A stretch of 64,000 bases of DNA, taken from NCBI GenBank assembly GCA_021636625.1, contig JAJWLX010000004.1, positions 48,004 through 112,003 of the forward strand, given 5' to 3'. Below the pieces are notes generated by a model that made no database searches, had not been told where the DNA came from, and saw only the letters and a program-made list of their open reading frames with translations. Origin of the DNA: Prevotella sp. GTDB lineage: Bacteria > Bacteroidota > Bacteroidia > Bacteroidales > Bacteroidaceae. A program made the translations under genes and the position numbers. This document shows, piece after piece, positions 38,645-49,873 of the stretch; positions within the stretch are counted from its first letter, which is position 1, and every line of letters starts with the position of its first letter.

Positions 38645-41600
38645 TTACAGGTTTCTGCCGTGGCAGTTCTTAAACTTTTTGCCGCTTCCGCATGGACATG
38701 GGTCGTTAGGACGTGGCATGTGCTCTGCACGGTAAGGAGTGCGGTTTACCTGTGCGCCCTCTCGGGTATCCTGGTTAGCAGCTGCCTCCTGGGCCTCACG
38801 CTCTGCATCCAAATCAACCTTGCTCTCAACATAGTTCTGCTGAGTGTGCTGCTCAGGAGCTGCCTCCTGAACTGGCTGTTCTTGCTCCATTACTGGAATC
38901 TGACCTCGCATCAGGATACTTGCAATACGGTCGTACATGTCATTGATCATGGCATCCCAAACCTTGGCACTCTCCAACTTGAAGATGAGGAGAGGATCCT
39001 TCTGCTCGTAGCTTGCATTCTGTACAGAGTGCTTCAGTTCGTCGAGCTTGCGGAGGTTCTCCTTCCAGTCGTCATCGATAATCTGGAGAACAACGCTCTT
39101 CTCAAACTCCTTCACTACGTTCTTAGCCTCGCTCTCGTATGCCTCCTTGAGGTTGCAAGGAATATTGTACATGCGCTTGCCGTCTGTGATAGGCACCATG
39201 ATGCGCTCGTACATAGCACCCTGGTTTTCGTATACCTGCTTGATGATAGGCATAGCTGTAGCCTGGATGCGGTCTGTCTTACGCTTGAATGTAGCCATTG
39301 CTTCCTGGAAAGCACGCTCTGCCAAATCCTCACGTCTGCCGTTCTCATACTCATCCTCGTTGAATGGAATCTCCATAGCGAGAACTTTCAGGAACTCTTC
39401 CTTGGCACCGAAGAAGTCGTTGTTGTTGACGATGTTCAAAACGCGGTCCCAGATGATGTTGGCAATGTCCATACCGATACGCTCACCCATGAGGGCGTGG
39501 CGACGCTTCTCGTAGATAACGGTACGCTGACGGTTCATCACGTCATCATACTCCAAGAGGTGTTTACGGATACCGAAGTTGTTTTCCTCAACCTTGCGCT
39601 GAGCACGCTCGATGCTCTTGCTGATCATTGGGCTCTCGATACGCTCGCCATCCTCGAAACCGAGACGGTCCATTACCTTGGCGATACGCTCAGAAGCGAA
39701 GAGACGCATCAGCTTATCCTCCAATGATACATAGAATACAGAAGAACCTGGGTCACCCTGACGACCGGCACGACCACGGAGCTGACGGTCTACACGACGG
39801 CTCTCATGACGCTCTGTACCGATGATGGCAAGACCACCTGCAGCCTTTACCTCAGGAGTCAGCTTGATATCGGTACCACGACCAGCCATGTTGGTAGCGA
39901 TGGTTACGGCACCCTTACCGTTTATTGAGCGGCCTGCCTCGGCTACGATCTGAGCCTCCTGCTGGTGCAACTTAGCGTTCAATACATTATGAGGAATGTT
40001 GCGCATCTTCAACATCTTGCTCAACAACTCAGAGATTTCTACAGATGTGGTACCAACCAATACTGGGCGACCAGCATTGCGTGTCTCCTCAATCTCATCA
40101 ATGACGGCACGATACTTCTCGCGGGCAGTCTTATATACACGATCATCCAAGTCCTTACGCAGGATAGGGCGGTTGGTAGGAATCTCAACTACATCGAGCT
40201 TATAGATATCCCAGAACTCACCAGACTCTGTGCTTGCCGTACCGGTCATACCTGCGAGCTTGTGGTACATACGGAAGTAGTTCTGGAGTGTGATGGTAGC
40301 AAAGGTCTGTGTTGCAGCCTCTACCTTTACATGCTCCTTAGCCTCTACAGCCTGGTGTAAGCCATCGCTCCAGCGGCGACCCTCCATGATACGACCTGTC
40401 TGCTCATCCACGATCTTCACCTGACCGTCCATGACAACATACTCATCGTCCTTATTAAACATGGTGTAAGCCTTCAAGAGCTGCTGCAAGGTGTGAACAC
40501 GCTCGCTCTGTACGCCATAGTGAGCCAGCAACTCGTCCTTGATGTCCAGACGCTCCTGGTCTGAGATGTCTGTGCGAGCTTCCAGGTCACTCATCTGTGT
40601 AGTAATATCAGGCAATACGAAGAGCTCTCTATCGTTCACCTGCTTAGCCAACCACTCTGTACCCTTATCGGTCAGGTCGGCAGAGTTCAGCTTCTCATCA
40701 ACCACGAAGTACAAAGGCTCAACAGCCTTAGGCATCTCACGGTTGTTGTTTGCCATATAGAATTCCTCGGTCTTGAGCAATCCTGCCTTGATACCCTCCT
40801 CAGAGAGGTACTTGATCAATGGCTTGTTCTTAGGCAGCGCCTTGTAAGAACGGTAGAGTGAGAGGAAACCTTCCTCGAGCATCTGCTGGTTCTTGGTCTT
40901 GCCGCCCTCTGTAATCTTCTGCTTAGCCTCGGCGAGCAACTCGGTAGCCTGCTTGCGCTGTACCTCGTAGAGCTTCTCTACCAGTGGCTGGTACTGCTCG
41001 AACATCTGGTCGTCGCCCTTTGGAATAGGACCAGAGATGATCAATGGAGTACGGGCATCATCGATCAGCACGGAGTCAACCTCATCGACGATGGCGTAGT
41101 TGTGCTGGCGCTGTACCAGGTCGCTAGGGTTGGTGGCCATATTATCACGCAGGTAGTCGAAACCAAACTCATTGTTGGTACCGAAGGTGATGTCTGCCAT
41201 ATATGCCTTGCGGCGCTCGTCGGAGTTAGGACGATGCTTGTCGATACAATCTACAGAGAGACCGTGGAACATATAGAGAGGTCCCATCCACTCAGAGTCA
41301 CGCTTAGCCAGATAGTCGTTCACGGTTACTACGTGTACACCATTACCTGTCAATGCGTTGAGGAAGATAGGGGTAGTACCTACGAGGGTCTTACCCTCAC
41401 CGGTAGCCATCTCGGCAATCTTACCCTGGTGCAGAACGACACCACCGAAGAGCTGAACGTCGTAGTGGATCATTTCCCACTTCATATCGTTGCCGCCGGC
41501 AGTCCAGTGGTTGTGATAGATAGCCTTGTCGCCGTCGATGGTCACGAAGTCGTTGGCTGGGTTTGAAGCCAGCTCGCGGTCGAAGTCTGTAGCAGTAACT

Positions 41601-41983
41601 ACGGTCTCCTCGTTTTCAGCGAAGCGGCGTGCTGTATCCTTTACGATAGCGAAAACCTGAGGCAAAACCTCGTTGAGTGCAACCTCATACTTGTCGAGTG
41701 CTTCCTGCTCCAACTTGTCGATCTGGTTGAAGATACCTTCACGCTCGTCGATTGGAGTGTCCTCGATTTTAGCTTTGAGTTCGGCAATCTTAGCCTTCTC
41801 TTCCTTAGCGTACTCCTGTACGTACTTCTGGAGTTCCTTTGTTTTTGCACGAAGTTCGTCATTGCTCAAGGCATTCATCTTAGGGTATTCTGCCTTGACT
41901 TTCTCTACGATTGGCTGGATCAACTTCATATCGCGAGTTGACTTGTTGCCAAACAATGACTGAAGAATTTTGTTAAAGTTCAT
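38645..41983 (-). CDS. secA: preprotein translocase ATPase SecA
   Basis: Start reassigned to [35 protein letters not shown]-like motor motifs. C-terminal zinc finger [14 protein letters not shown]. Confidence 0.95.
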   Translation of the reverse strand: MNFNKILQSLFGNKSTRDMKLIQPIVEKVKAEYPKMNALSNDELRAKTKELQKYVQEYAKEEKAKIAELKAKIEDTPIDEREGIFNQIDKLEQEALDKYEVALNEVLPQVFAIVKDTARRFAENEETVVTATDFDRELASNPANDFVTIDGDKAIYHNHWTAGGNDMKWEMIHYDVQLFGGVVLHQGKIAEMATGEGKTLVGTTPIFLNALTGNGVHVVTVNDYLAKRDSEWMGPLYMFHGLSVDCIDKHRPNSDERRKAYMADITFGTNNEFGFDYLRDNMATNPSDLVQRQHNYAIVDEVDSVLIDDARTPLIISGPIPKGDDQMFEQYQPLVEKLYEVQRKQATELLAEAKQKITEGGKTKNQQMLEEGFLSLYRSYKALPKNKPLIKYLSEEGIKAGLLKTEEFYMANNNREMPKAVEPLYFVVDEKLNSADLTDKGTEWLAKQVNDRELFVLPDITTQMSDLEARTDISDQERLDIKDELLAHYGVQSERVHTLQQLLKAYTMFNKDDEYVVMDGQVKIVDEQTGRIMEGRRWSDGLHQAVEAKEHVKVEAATQTFATITLQNYFRMYHKLAGMTGTASTESGEFWDIYKLDVVEIPTNRPILRKDLDDRVYKTAREKYRAVIDEIEETRNAGRPVLVGTTSVEISELLSKMLKMRNIPHNVLNAKLHQQEAQIVAEAGRSINGKGAVTIATNMAGRGTDIKLTPEVKAAGGLAIIGTERHESRRVDRQLRGRAGRQGDPGSSVFYVSLEDKLMRLFASERIAKVMDRLGFEDGERIESPMISKSIERAQRKVEENNFGIRKHLLEYDDVMNRQRTVIYEKRRHALMGERIGMDIANIIWDRVLNIVNNNDFFGAKEEFLKVLAMEIPFNEDEYENGRREDLAERAFQEAMATFKRKTDRIQATAMPIIKQVYENQGAMYERIMVPITDGKRMYNIPCNLKEAYESEAKNVVKEFEKSVVLQIIDDDWKENLRKLDELKHSVQNASYEQKDPLLIFKLESAKVWDAMINDMYDRIASILMRGQIPVMEQEQPVQEAAPEQHTQQNYVESKVDLDAEREAQEAAANQDTREGAQVNRTPYRAEHMPRPNDPCPCGSGKKFKNCHGRNL

Positions 41984-42220
41984 TGTATATTTATTTTTTA
42001 TTATTATTCGATGTATGATATTAGGAGTTAAAGAAGTTAAGAAGTTAAAGGAGTTAAGACAAATGTGCTCTGTCAGTCCTTTTTCCTCTTCTGCTTTTTC
42101 CTGTTGTTTGTTTACTAGCTTGCAAAAATACAAAAAATATCTGTAAATCTGCAATATTTTACCAATTATTGCCCTTTCTGGCTGCATTTCTTGCTAGTTT
42201 TGCTGTCAGAAAGCACATAA

Positions 42221-42580
42221 TCAGCAGTTTGGACCTCGAATAACAATGCTTCCGAAGGGTGCTTTGTACTTATGCACCACAACGGGGCGAAAACAAATAT
42301 TTAAATGTGAATCTGTCAGAATGTCAGTCTTGACAGCTGCAGGCACAGCTGCCTGATGGTAATGATGCTCTGACATGTTTTCCTCTTCGGAAGCCTGCTT
42401 GATGGCTTTGATGACATAGAGGATGTCCTCCTCCAATGCCTTCGCCTCCGGTTGCTGGATGAATTCATCGTAGGATATATCCGTAAGCGCAAACTTCAGC
42501 GCCTGCTGATAAGTCTGCGCCTCCATGCCGGTTGCCGCCAGGACAACCAAAAGGGCTGTGATATATCTGTTTACCATCAT
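42221..42580 (-). CDS. hypothetical small secreted protein
   Basis: Signal peptide MMVNRYITALLVVLAATGMEAQT. No family recognised. Confidence 0.4.
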   Translation of the reverse strand: MMVNRYITALLVVLAATGMEAQTYQQALKFALTDISYDEFIQQPEAKALEEDILYVIKAIKQASEEENMSEHHYHQAAVPAAVKTDILTDSHLNICFRPVVVHKYKAPFGSIVIRGPNC

Positions 42581-42629
42581 TGTTGTTTATCTTCTTCTGT
42601 TCGGAAACGATGTTGTGCCAATCGTTTCC

Positions 42630-44018
42630 TTACATATATTTTAATGTCTGTTTATTCTTTCTGAATTTCTTTACGATATGCTTCTGCAAACCATAATTGT
42701 TTGGACTTAAATCCATCATGGTCGACTTGACGCAGTATCTCGCTAGCAAAGAAAGTGCCAAAATACTCATACCCTCAGCATAGTTCTGCCATATCTGTAA
42801 GAACAGGGCTATGAGCAGAAGCCATCCCAGGAGTTCGTAATACCAATACAGATGACCTGCTTTCATCCTCTTGACCGTCTTCCAGGCGAAGATGAGGTTG
42901 AGCGGATTCAGTATCAGAATCTGGAAATTTATCTGTACGGTAGGATGCTGCGAGAAGATCATGGCAAAGAGAATCAGTCCCGGTAATCCTGTCAGGACAA
43001 GCAGAATGGCATCAAACCACCAGTAGTTTTTCTTTTTTATACATTCTCTTACCGTTGTTCCTATAATGATGATTGCCAGGGCTATGGCTATCATTTGTGG
43101 TGTAACAGGAGCATCGTCTGTTATTTGTGCCTGGGCTGGGATAATATCGGATGTTTCATCTACCAGAGTGATATAGCCGCTGGCACTTGTTGCATTGGTT
43201 TTGCCGTCTGTAGTCTGAGATGCATCAATAAAGTCGGTTCTTCCTTCTGTGGCAAAGTCTTTGCTCAGATTGTCTGGCAAGAATTCCCATTCTCTTTGTG
43301 TGATAGGGCGGTCTGCCTGACAACCCAAAAGAAGGTCATTGCCGAATCTTGCCCAGCGGTGCTGTCCGTTGAGTTTGTGAATCTCTTCCCTGTAGGTAGA
43401 AGTGGTAGGAATATCTTTAAAGTTGGTACTCTGGTTCCCAATGTTGGAGAGAATCATCTCGCGTGCCCGGGTCGTACAATTGTCATAGAAGAAATTGTAG
43501 CGGTATACGCGGTTCTCCGGCTGTGCATTCTTGTCGATGCTTCTCAGAATTCCCAGTTTCTCTGTACGGGAGAGACGGAGGCGCTGCTGTCTTACCCTTC
43601 TGCCTTCATGTGCATATTCGGCGATGAAGTCGCTCATCGGGTAGATGCCAATCTGATAATCGGTGAGTCCGAAAACAAAACGGAGTACAAAGCAACTTTG
43701 GTTAAAACTGAACATACCCCAGTTGACGGCAACATCCGTTCCCATAGCTTTGTTCTGGATGCGTAGAGCGGTATGTCCATAATACGACCACACCTCCTGA
43801 CCTGGTCCGCAAGTCAGGAGAGAAATGTCAACAGAATCGAGCCACGCAGTAGCTTCTTCATTGACACGACTGTTCTGCACAGAAATATCAGAGTCCTTGT
43901 CTCTTGAAAAATCCTGTGCAGCCACTTCAGTAGTTAAATTGATTAAAATTACTGCTAAAATGGCACTAAAAATATGCTTAAAACGTTTCACGATGCAAAA
44001 ATACCTTATTATTTTCAA
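42630..44018 (-). CDS. DUF4105 family membrane protein (candidate Lnb-like lipoprotein N-acyltransferase architecture)
   Basis: N-terminal signal or TM segment. DUF4105-like core (SYYGHTALRI...FFYDNCTTRARE). C-terminal block of about 4 TM helices. Confidence 0.6.
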   Translation of the reverse strand: MKIIRYFCIVKRFKHIFSAILAVILINLTTEVAAQDFSRDKDSDISVQNSRVNEEATAWLDSVDISLLTCGPGQEVWSYYGHTALRIQNKAMGTDVAVNWGMFSFNQSCFVLRFVFGLTDYQIGIYPMSDFIAEYAHEGRRVRQQRLRLSRTEKLGILRSIDKNAQPENRVYRYNFFYDNCTTRAREMILSNIGNQSTNFKDIPTTSTYREEIHKLNGQHRWARFGNDLLLGCQADRPITQREWEFLPDNLSKDFATEGRTDFIDASQTTDGKTNATSASGYITLVDETSDIIPAQAQITDDAPVTPQMIAIALAIIIIGTTVRECIKKKNYWWFDAILLVLTGLPGLILFAMIFSQHPTVQINFQILILNPLNLIFAWKTVKRMKAGHLYWYYELLGWLLLIALFLQIWQNYAEGMSILALSLLARYCVKSTMMDLSPNNYGLQKHIVKKFRKNKQTLKYM

Positions 44019-44091
44019 TTATCCTTCTTTTTTCTAGATTTTTTTTAATACTTTTGCACTCTGAATATAATTTTGACTGATTTATATATAA

Positions 44092-45384
44092 ATGAGAAAG
44101 TTTATTTTAGCAGCCCTCTTGTTGGGTTCTACTCTTATGGTTAATGCCCAAAGTGGTACTAATTCTCCATACAGCCAGTATGGTTTAGGCGTTTTGTCTG
44201 AACAGACTTCTGGCTTCAACCGTGGTATGAATGGTGTTGGACTTGGTTTTCATGAGCATAATCAGATTAACTATCTGAACCCAGCTTCCTATGCAGCCAT
44301 CGACTCCATGACTTTCATCCTGGATGCAGGTATCTCGGGTCAGGTAACCAACTTCAACGAGAACGGGGTGAAGAAGAATGCCAATAACTCCAATCTCGAA
44401 TATGTGGTAGCAGGCTTCCGCCTCTTCCGCCATCTGGGTATGAGTTTCGGTATTATCCCTTTCACCAACGTGGGATACAACTATTCTACCAGCGGATGGG
44501 TGAACAAGAACGACAAGGATGTTACCTACACCAACTCCTACGAGGGTGAAGGCGGTTTGCATCAGGTATATGTGGGTGCCGGCTGGTCTCCGCTCAAGGG
44601 CTTGTCTGTCGGTGCCAATATTGGCTATATCTGGGGTTCCATCGACAGAACCGTGCAGAATTACTATAGCAACAGCTATTATAAGTCTCTTTACCGCACC
44701 TATGGTACTCGTGTGAACAACTACAAGATCGACCTGGGTGTGCAATATACCCAGAAGTTGTCGAAGAAGGATGAGGTAACCCTGGGTATCACTTATTCGC
44801 CAGGTCATAACCTGCATGCCGATGCCGATATGAGCATCATTTCTTCCAATGCGCAGACCAGTACATCTGATACACTTGCCTTCAGCATCAAGAATGCCTA
44901 CGAGTTGCCTACGATGTATGGCGCCGGTTTGATGTGGAATCACAACAACCAGTGGAAGATTGGTGTAGATTACAGTCTGCAGAAATGGGGCAGTCTGGGC
45001 TATCCTACCTACGAGGCTAACAGCAGCGAGCCTTGGGCATTGCGCGATGGGGTGTATAAGGATCGCAGCAAGGTGAATGTCGGATTCCAGTACTGCTATG
45101 GTGAGCGCAGCCGTGCTTTCCTCAAGCGTGTGGCTTACCGTGCCGGTGTGAGCTTTGCTACACCATATTATAAGGTGAACGGCGTGGATGGCCCTAAGGA
45201 GCTTTCTGTAAGTGCCGGTTTCGGTATTCCTATCATGAACTCCTACAACAACCGTTCGCAGTTGAATATCAGCGGCCAGTGGGTGAAGAATTCGGCTACC
45301 GGACTTATCAAGGAGAATATCTTCCGCCTGAACATTGGATTCACTTTCAACGAGGATTGGTTCAAGAAGTGGAAGATGCAGTAA
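44092..45384 (+). CDS. putative outer membrane beta-barrel protein
   Basis: Signal peptide. N-terminal SPYSQYGLGVL motif. Alternating amphipathic beta-strand pattern. C-terminal aromatic residue. Confidence 0.55.
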   Translation: MRKFILAALLLGSTLMVNAQSGTNSPYSQYGLGVLSEQTSGFNRGMNGVGLGFHEHNQINYLNPASYAAIDSMTFILDAGISGQVTNFNENGVKKNANNSNLEYVVAGFRLFRHLGMSFGIIPFTNVGYNYSTSGWVNKNDKDVTYTNSYEGEGGLHQVYVGAGWSPLKGLSVGANIGYIWGSIDRTVQNYYSNSYYKSLYRTYGTRVNNYKIDLGVQYTQKLSKKDEVTLGITYSPGHNLHADADMSIISSNAQTSTSDTLAFSIKNAYELPTMYGAGLMWNHNNQWKIGVDYSLQKWGSLGYPTYEANSSEPWALRDGVYKDRSKVNVGFQYCYGERSRAFLKRVAYRAGVSFATPYYKVNGVDGPKELSVSAGFGIPIMNSYNNRSQLNISGQWVKNSATGLIKENIFRLNIGFTFNEDWFKKWKMQ

Positions 45385-45441
45385 TCTGCCCATATTGTGG
45401 TGTTTTCTTCGGGAGATGCCACATCTTCTATATATATAATA

Positions 45442-46101
45442 ATGTATAAGATTAAATATTTCATAGTAATAGGTGTCATAGTTTCCTGGGTTTTGGCTGC
45501 CTGCCAGAATCCGGTAGAACATACTGCGCCTGCTATCCACGACAGAGACTCTGTGGCGATGATGACTTCGTATGGCGTCAATACCCTCATCAGTGATTCG
45601 GGTGTCATCAAGTACCGCATCGTTACCGAGCGATGGGAGGTGAATACCAACCGTGTGCCTTCCCGCTGGATTTTTGATAAGGGTATGCTGCTCGAACAGT
45701 TTGACGAGAAGTTCCACATCAACAGCTATATCCAGTGTGATACGGCTTATTACTTTGATCAGGAACGTGTTTGGAAGCTTTATGGCCGTGTGCGCATCCT
45801 CACCAAGGATGGTCTTCGCTTTACCAGCGAGCAGCTCACCTGGGATGAGAACAAGCATGAACTCTCCAGCCATGTGTTCAGTAAGCTCGTTACTCCGGAG
45901 CGTACCCTTCAGGGTTCCTATTTCTGGAGCGATGAGCGTATGACCCGCTATTTTGTGAGCAATTCTAAGGGTAGCTTTGAGAAGGGTGACTTCGGTGGCG
46001 GAGGCAGTTCATCTTCTGCTTCATCATCCGATTCTACCAGTGCGCCTATGCGCCAGCCGGCAACGCCGCAGCGAGCCACCACCATTCCTATCATGCATTG
46101 A
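45442..46101 (+). CDS. LptC-like periplasmic LPS export protein (N-terminal anchored)
   Basis: N-terminal TM segment. Size and context, lying upstream of the CBS/DUF21 and PpiD-like genes. Weak similarity. Start reassigned to MYKIKYF. Confidence 0.45.
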   Translation: MYKIKYFIVIGVIVSWVLAACQNPVEHTAPAIHDRDSVAMMTSYGVNTLISDSGVIKYRIVTERWEVNTNRVPSRWIFDKGMLLEQFDEKFHINSYIQCDTAYYFDQERVWKLYGRVRILTKDGLRFTSEQLTWDENKHELSSHVFSKLVTPERTLQGSYFWSDERMTRYFVSNSKGSFEKGDFGGGGSSSSASSSDSTSAPMRQPATPQRATTIPIMH

Positions 46102-46142
46102 TAGGGTAGGAGGAAATATGTTTTTTAACGATATAATGTATC

Positions 46143-47411
46143 ATGGAAGAAGTTGATATAAGTCTGATAGTGAGTATCCTCATCACGATGGTGTTTTCTG
46201 CATTCTTTAGTGGAATGGAAATAGCCTTCGTCTCCTCCAACCGTATGTTGGCGGAAATGGACAAGGAGAAAAACGGACTTACGCAGCGACTCTTGTCGCT
46301 CTTTTATAATCATCCCAACGGATTCGTCAGTACCATGCTGGTGGGCAACAATATAGCCCTCGTAGTATATGGTATCTTGATAGCCCGTCTGTTTGATAAT
46401 ACCATCTTTGCTGGTCTGGATGATGGTGTCAAGGTTACCTGCGATACTATTCTCTCCACACTCATCGTGTTGTTTACGGGTGAGTTCCTGCCGAAGACGC
46501 TTTTCAAGTCGAATCCAAACCGACTGCTGTCCATCTTCAGTCCGTTTGCGTATCTGTGCTACGTCATTCTCTGGCCTATCAGCAAGTTCAGTACCTTCCT
46601 CAGCAAGGGATTGCTGCGCATGGTGGGTATGAAGATGGAGTCTGAAGAGGGGGATGAAGGCTTTTCTAAGGTAGATCTTGACTATCTGGTGCAGTCGAGC
46701 ATCGACAATGCCACCAATGAGGACGAGATCAACGACGAAGTGAAGATATTCCAGAATGCCCTGGATTTCTCTGATACCAAGGTGCGCGACTGTATGGTGC
46801 CACGTACCGAGATTCAGGCGGTAGAGATAGATACCTCGCTGGAGGAACTCCGCCAGAAATTTATCGAAAGCGGAAACTCCAAGATTATCGTCTATGAGGA
46901 TGATATCGACCATATTGTGGGCTACATCCACAGTTCCGAGCTCTTCCACAATCCGAAGAGGTGGCAGGATCATATCCGTACGATGCCTTTCGTGCCGGAG
47001 ACCATGCAGGCGCAGAAGCTGATGCAGACCTTCCTGCAGCAGAAAAAATCTCTGGGCGTGGTGGTAGATGAGTTTGGCGGTACTAGCGGACTGGTGAGTC
47101 TGGAGGATATCGTGGAAGAGATCTTCGGCGATATCGAGGATGAGCACGATTCTGCTAAGTATGTAGCCAAGAAGACCGATGACGGCGACTATCTGCTGTC
47201 GGCTCGTCTGGAGATAGACAAGGTGAACGATCTGTTCGACCTGGATCTTCCGGAGAGTGATGAGTATATGACTCTGGGTGGACTCATTCTTCACGAATAT
47301 CAGAGCTTCCCGAAGCTGAATGAAGTAATTAAATTCGACAAGTTTGAGTTTAAGATTATCAAGTCCACATCCCGCAAGATAGAACTTGTGAAACTCCACA
47401 TCATCAAATAG
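46143..47411 (+). CDS. hemolysin-family protein (DUF21 plus CBS pair plus CorC_HlyC; GldE-like)
   Basis: DUF21 TM domain. CBS domains. C-terminal transporter-associated domain. 422 aa. Confidence 0.85.
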   Translation: MEEVDISLIVSILITMVFSAFFSGMEIAFVSSNRMLAEMDKEKNGLTQRLLSLFYNHPNGFVSTMLVGNNIALVVYGILIARLFDNTIFAGLDDGVKVTCDTILSTLIVLFTGEFLPKTLFKSNPNRLLSIFSPFAYLCYVILWPISKFSTFLSKGLLRMVGMKMESEEGDEGFSKVDLDYLVQSSIDNATNEDEINDEVKIFQNALDFSDTKVRDCMVPRTEIQAVEIDTSLEELRQKFIESGNSKIIVYEDDIDHIVGYIHSSELFHNPKRWQDHIRTMPFVPETMQAQKLMQTFLQQKKSLGVVVDEFGGTSGLVSLEDIVEEIFGDIEDEHDSAKYVAKKTDDGDYLLSARLEIDKVNDLFDLDLPESDEYMTLGGLILHEYQSFPKLNEVIKFDKFEFKIIKSTSRKIELVKLHIIK

Positions 47412-47585
47412 TTGGATGAGAAGAGGGAATTTTTCGACTTTTTTGTGTTTTCAGCCAAAAAAGATACCGAAAAATTCCCTTTTCTCGTATTATTTTTGTA
47501 TTTTTGCAACCAATTGGCTACTTGCATCAAAAGCAGTACAATCCTAATAAGGAAAAAATAAAATAATAATAATAATTAAAACGTA

Positions 47586-49736
47586 ATGGCAGCATTAGGA
47601 ACAATTAGAAAAAGAGGCGTGATACTGGTATGTATTATCAGTTTCGGTCTTTTCGCCTTCATTGCTGAGGAAGCTTTCCGCTCTTGCGATTCTGCAAAGA
47701 ACAATGAGCGTCAGCAAATCGGTGAGGTGTATGGCGAGAAAATCAGCGTGCAGGATTTCCAGAAGCTCGTTGATGAGTACACAGAGGTTATTAAAATGCA
47801 ACAAGGTCAGGAAAACCTTCCTGAGGAGCAGATGAATCAGGTGAAGGACATGGTATGGAATACATACGTGCAGAACCAGATCATTGCCAAGGAGGCTAGC
47901 AAGTTGGGTCTTACCGTAACAGACGCAGAGCTTCAGGACATCTTGAAGACTGGTACAAGCCCAATGCTTCAGCAGACTCCATTCGTAAATCAGCAGACAG
48001 GTCGTTTCGACGCATCTTCTCTCCAGAAGTTCCTGGCTGATTACAAGGCTCAGAAGGCTAACCCATCTGCTAATCCTCAGATGATGGAACAGTACACCAA
48101 GATTTTCAACTACTGGTCATTCATCGAGAAGACACTCCGTCAGCAGACTTTGGCTCAGAAGTATCAGGCACTCCTGGCACACTGCTTCCTTTCAAACCCT
48201 GTAGAGGCTAAGATGGCTTTCAAGGAGGAGAACGAGGAGAGCCAGATCCAGTTGGCTGCCTTCCCTTATTCTGATGTTCAGGATGACAAGGTGAAGGTAG
48301 AGGAGAGCGACCTGAAGGCTAAGTATGACGAGATGAAGGCTCGCTTCAAGCAGCCTGTAGAGAGCAGAGATATCAAGTTCATCGATGTTCAGGTTGAGGC
48401 TTCCAAGACCGACCGTGCAGCACTCAACAAGGAGTTTGCTGAGTATCATACACAGCTCGCTGCTGCAGCTGATCCTGCAGAGCTTGTTCGCAAGTCAGCT
48501 TCTACCGTAGCTTACCTGGGTATCCCAGTGAGCAAGGAGGCTTGGCCATCAGACATTGCTTCTGCTATCGATTCTATGGCTGTAGGTGCTACTTCTGCAG
48601 TAAAGGTTAATGCTTCTGATAACACATTGAACATCGTGAAGCTGATGAGCAAGCAGCAGTTGCCAGACTCTATCCAGTATCGTGTTATCCAGGTGGCAGC
48701 AGCTTCTCAGGCTGAGGCTAAGACCAAGGCTGACTCAATCCACAGCGCTCTTGCTGCTGGTGCAGACTTCGAGGCACTTGCAAAGAAGTATGGTCAGACA
48801 GGTGAGAAGGCTTGGATGACTACCAAGCAGTATGAGTATGCTCAGACTATGGATAAGGACAACAAGGCATTCATCAACACCTTGAATACAGCTTCTGTCA
48901 ATGCATACAATGAGCTTCAGCTCGGTCAGGGTTATGTCATCCTCCAGGTTTGCGACCGCAAGGCAATGGTAACCAAGTATGTGGCAGCAGTCATCAAGAA
49001 GGAGATTCAGTTCTCTAACGATACATACCGTACAGCATTCAACAAGTTCTCTAGCTATGTAAGTGCTAATCCTAAGTCAGAGGATCTCTTGAAGAATGCA
49101 ACCAAGAGCGGTTATCGCGTACAGAACCTGAATGATATGACAACAGCTACTCACTATGTAGCCAACATCCATTCTACCCGTGATGCCTTGAAGTGGATCT
49201 TCGAGAGCAAGGAGGGTGAGGTTTCTCCTATGTATGAGTGTGGTGACAACAACCACTTGCTCGTAGTAGTATTGGATAAGATTCATCGCATCGGTTACCG
49301 CGACTTGAGCGATCCTCAGGTTAAGGAGATGGTAAAGGCTGAGGTCATCAAGGACAAGAAGGCTGAGATGATTATGGCTAAGGTAGCTGGTGTGAAGAGC
49401 ATCGCTGCTGCTAAGGCTAAGGGTGCCAAGATTGCTACCGTTAATCAGATTACTTTCGCAGCTCCTACCTTCATCTCTGCTACAGGTGCCAGCGAGTCTG
49501 CTGTTTCTGGTGCAGTTTCTGCTACCAAGAAGGGTGCTTTCGTAGCTAACGCAGTAAAGGGTAACGCAGGTGTTTATCTCTTCCAGGTTACTGGCAAGAC
49601 CAATCGTCCTGTTAAGTTCGATGAGAAGGCTTACGAGCAGAAGTGCCGTCAGAAGGCTATGCAGTATGCCGGCAACTTTATGAACGAGCTTTATGTGAAG
49701 GCTCACGTAGTGGATAACCGCTACTTGTTCTTCTAA
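47586..49736 (+). CDS. peptidyl-prolyl cis-trans isomerase, PpiD/SurA-like periplasmic chaperone
   Basis: N-terminal TM anchor. SurA N-like region and parvulin region. 716 aa. Confidence 0.8.
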   Translation: MAALGTIRKRGVILVCIISFGLFAFIAEEAFRSCDSAKNNERQQIGEVYGEKISVQDFQKLVDEYTEVIKMQQGQENLPEEQMNQVKDMVWNTYVQNQIIAKEASKLGLTVTDAELQDILKTGTSPMLQQTPFVNQQTGRFDASSLQKFLADYKAQKANPSANPQMMEQYTKIFNYWSFIEKTLRQQTLAQKYQALLAHCFLSNPVEAKMAFKEENEESQIQLAAFPYSDVQDDKVKVEESDLKAKYDEMKARFKQPVESRDIKFIDVQVEASKTDRAALNKEFAEYHTQLAAAADPAELVRKSASTVAYLGIPVSKEAWPSDIASAIDSMAVGATSAVKVNASDNTLNIVKLMSKQQLPDSIQYRVIQVAAASQAEAKTKADSIHSALAAGADFEALAKKYGQTGEKAWMTTKQYEYAQTMDKDNKAFINTLNTASVNAYNELQLGQGYVILQVCDRKAMVTKYVAAVIKKEIQFSNDTYRTAFNKFSSYVSANPKSEDLLKNATKSGYRVQNLNDMTTATHYVANIHSTRDALKWIFESKEGEVSPMYECGDNNHLLVVVLDKIHRIGYRDLSDPQVKEMVKAEVIKDKKAEMIMAKVAGVKSIAAAKAKGAKIATVNQITFAAPTFISATGASESAVSGAVSATKKGAFVANAVKGNAGVYLFQVTGKTNRPVKFDEKAYEQKCRQKAMQYAGNFMNELYVKAHVVDNRYLFF

Positions 49737-49810
49737 TTATAGTAATTATCATTTTCTATTATTTGGGCGTGTCACGATTCTTTTGTGATGCGCCCTATTT
49801 TTTTGATGCA

Positions 49811-49859
49811 TAAAAAAACGTGCAGCACTTTGAATCAAGTGCTGCACGTCGTTTTTTTA
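49811..49859. terminator. bidirectional terminator between the convergent ppiD-like and wzc-like genes
   Basis: aaaaaaacgtgcagcac tttgaatcaa gtgctgcacgtcgttttttt. Confidence 0.8.
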
Positions 49860-49873
49860 TTGTGATTCAAGAT

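Noticed and set aside
41984-42187. N-terminal extension of secA (68 aa)
   Set aside because: SecA begins at the conserved [18 protein letters not shown] motif. The extension reads into the promoter region.
44185-47399. Long minus-strand ORFs (562 aa and 424 aa) opposite the outer-membrane protein, LptC-like and CBS/DUF21 genes
   Set aside because: They are antisense to genes with signal peptides and recognisable domains, and their translations look low-complexity.
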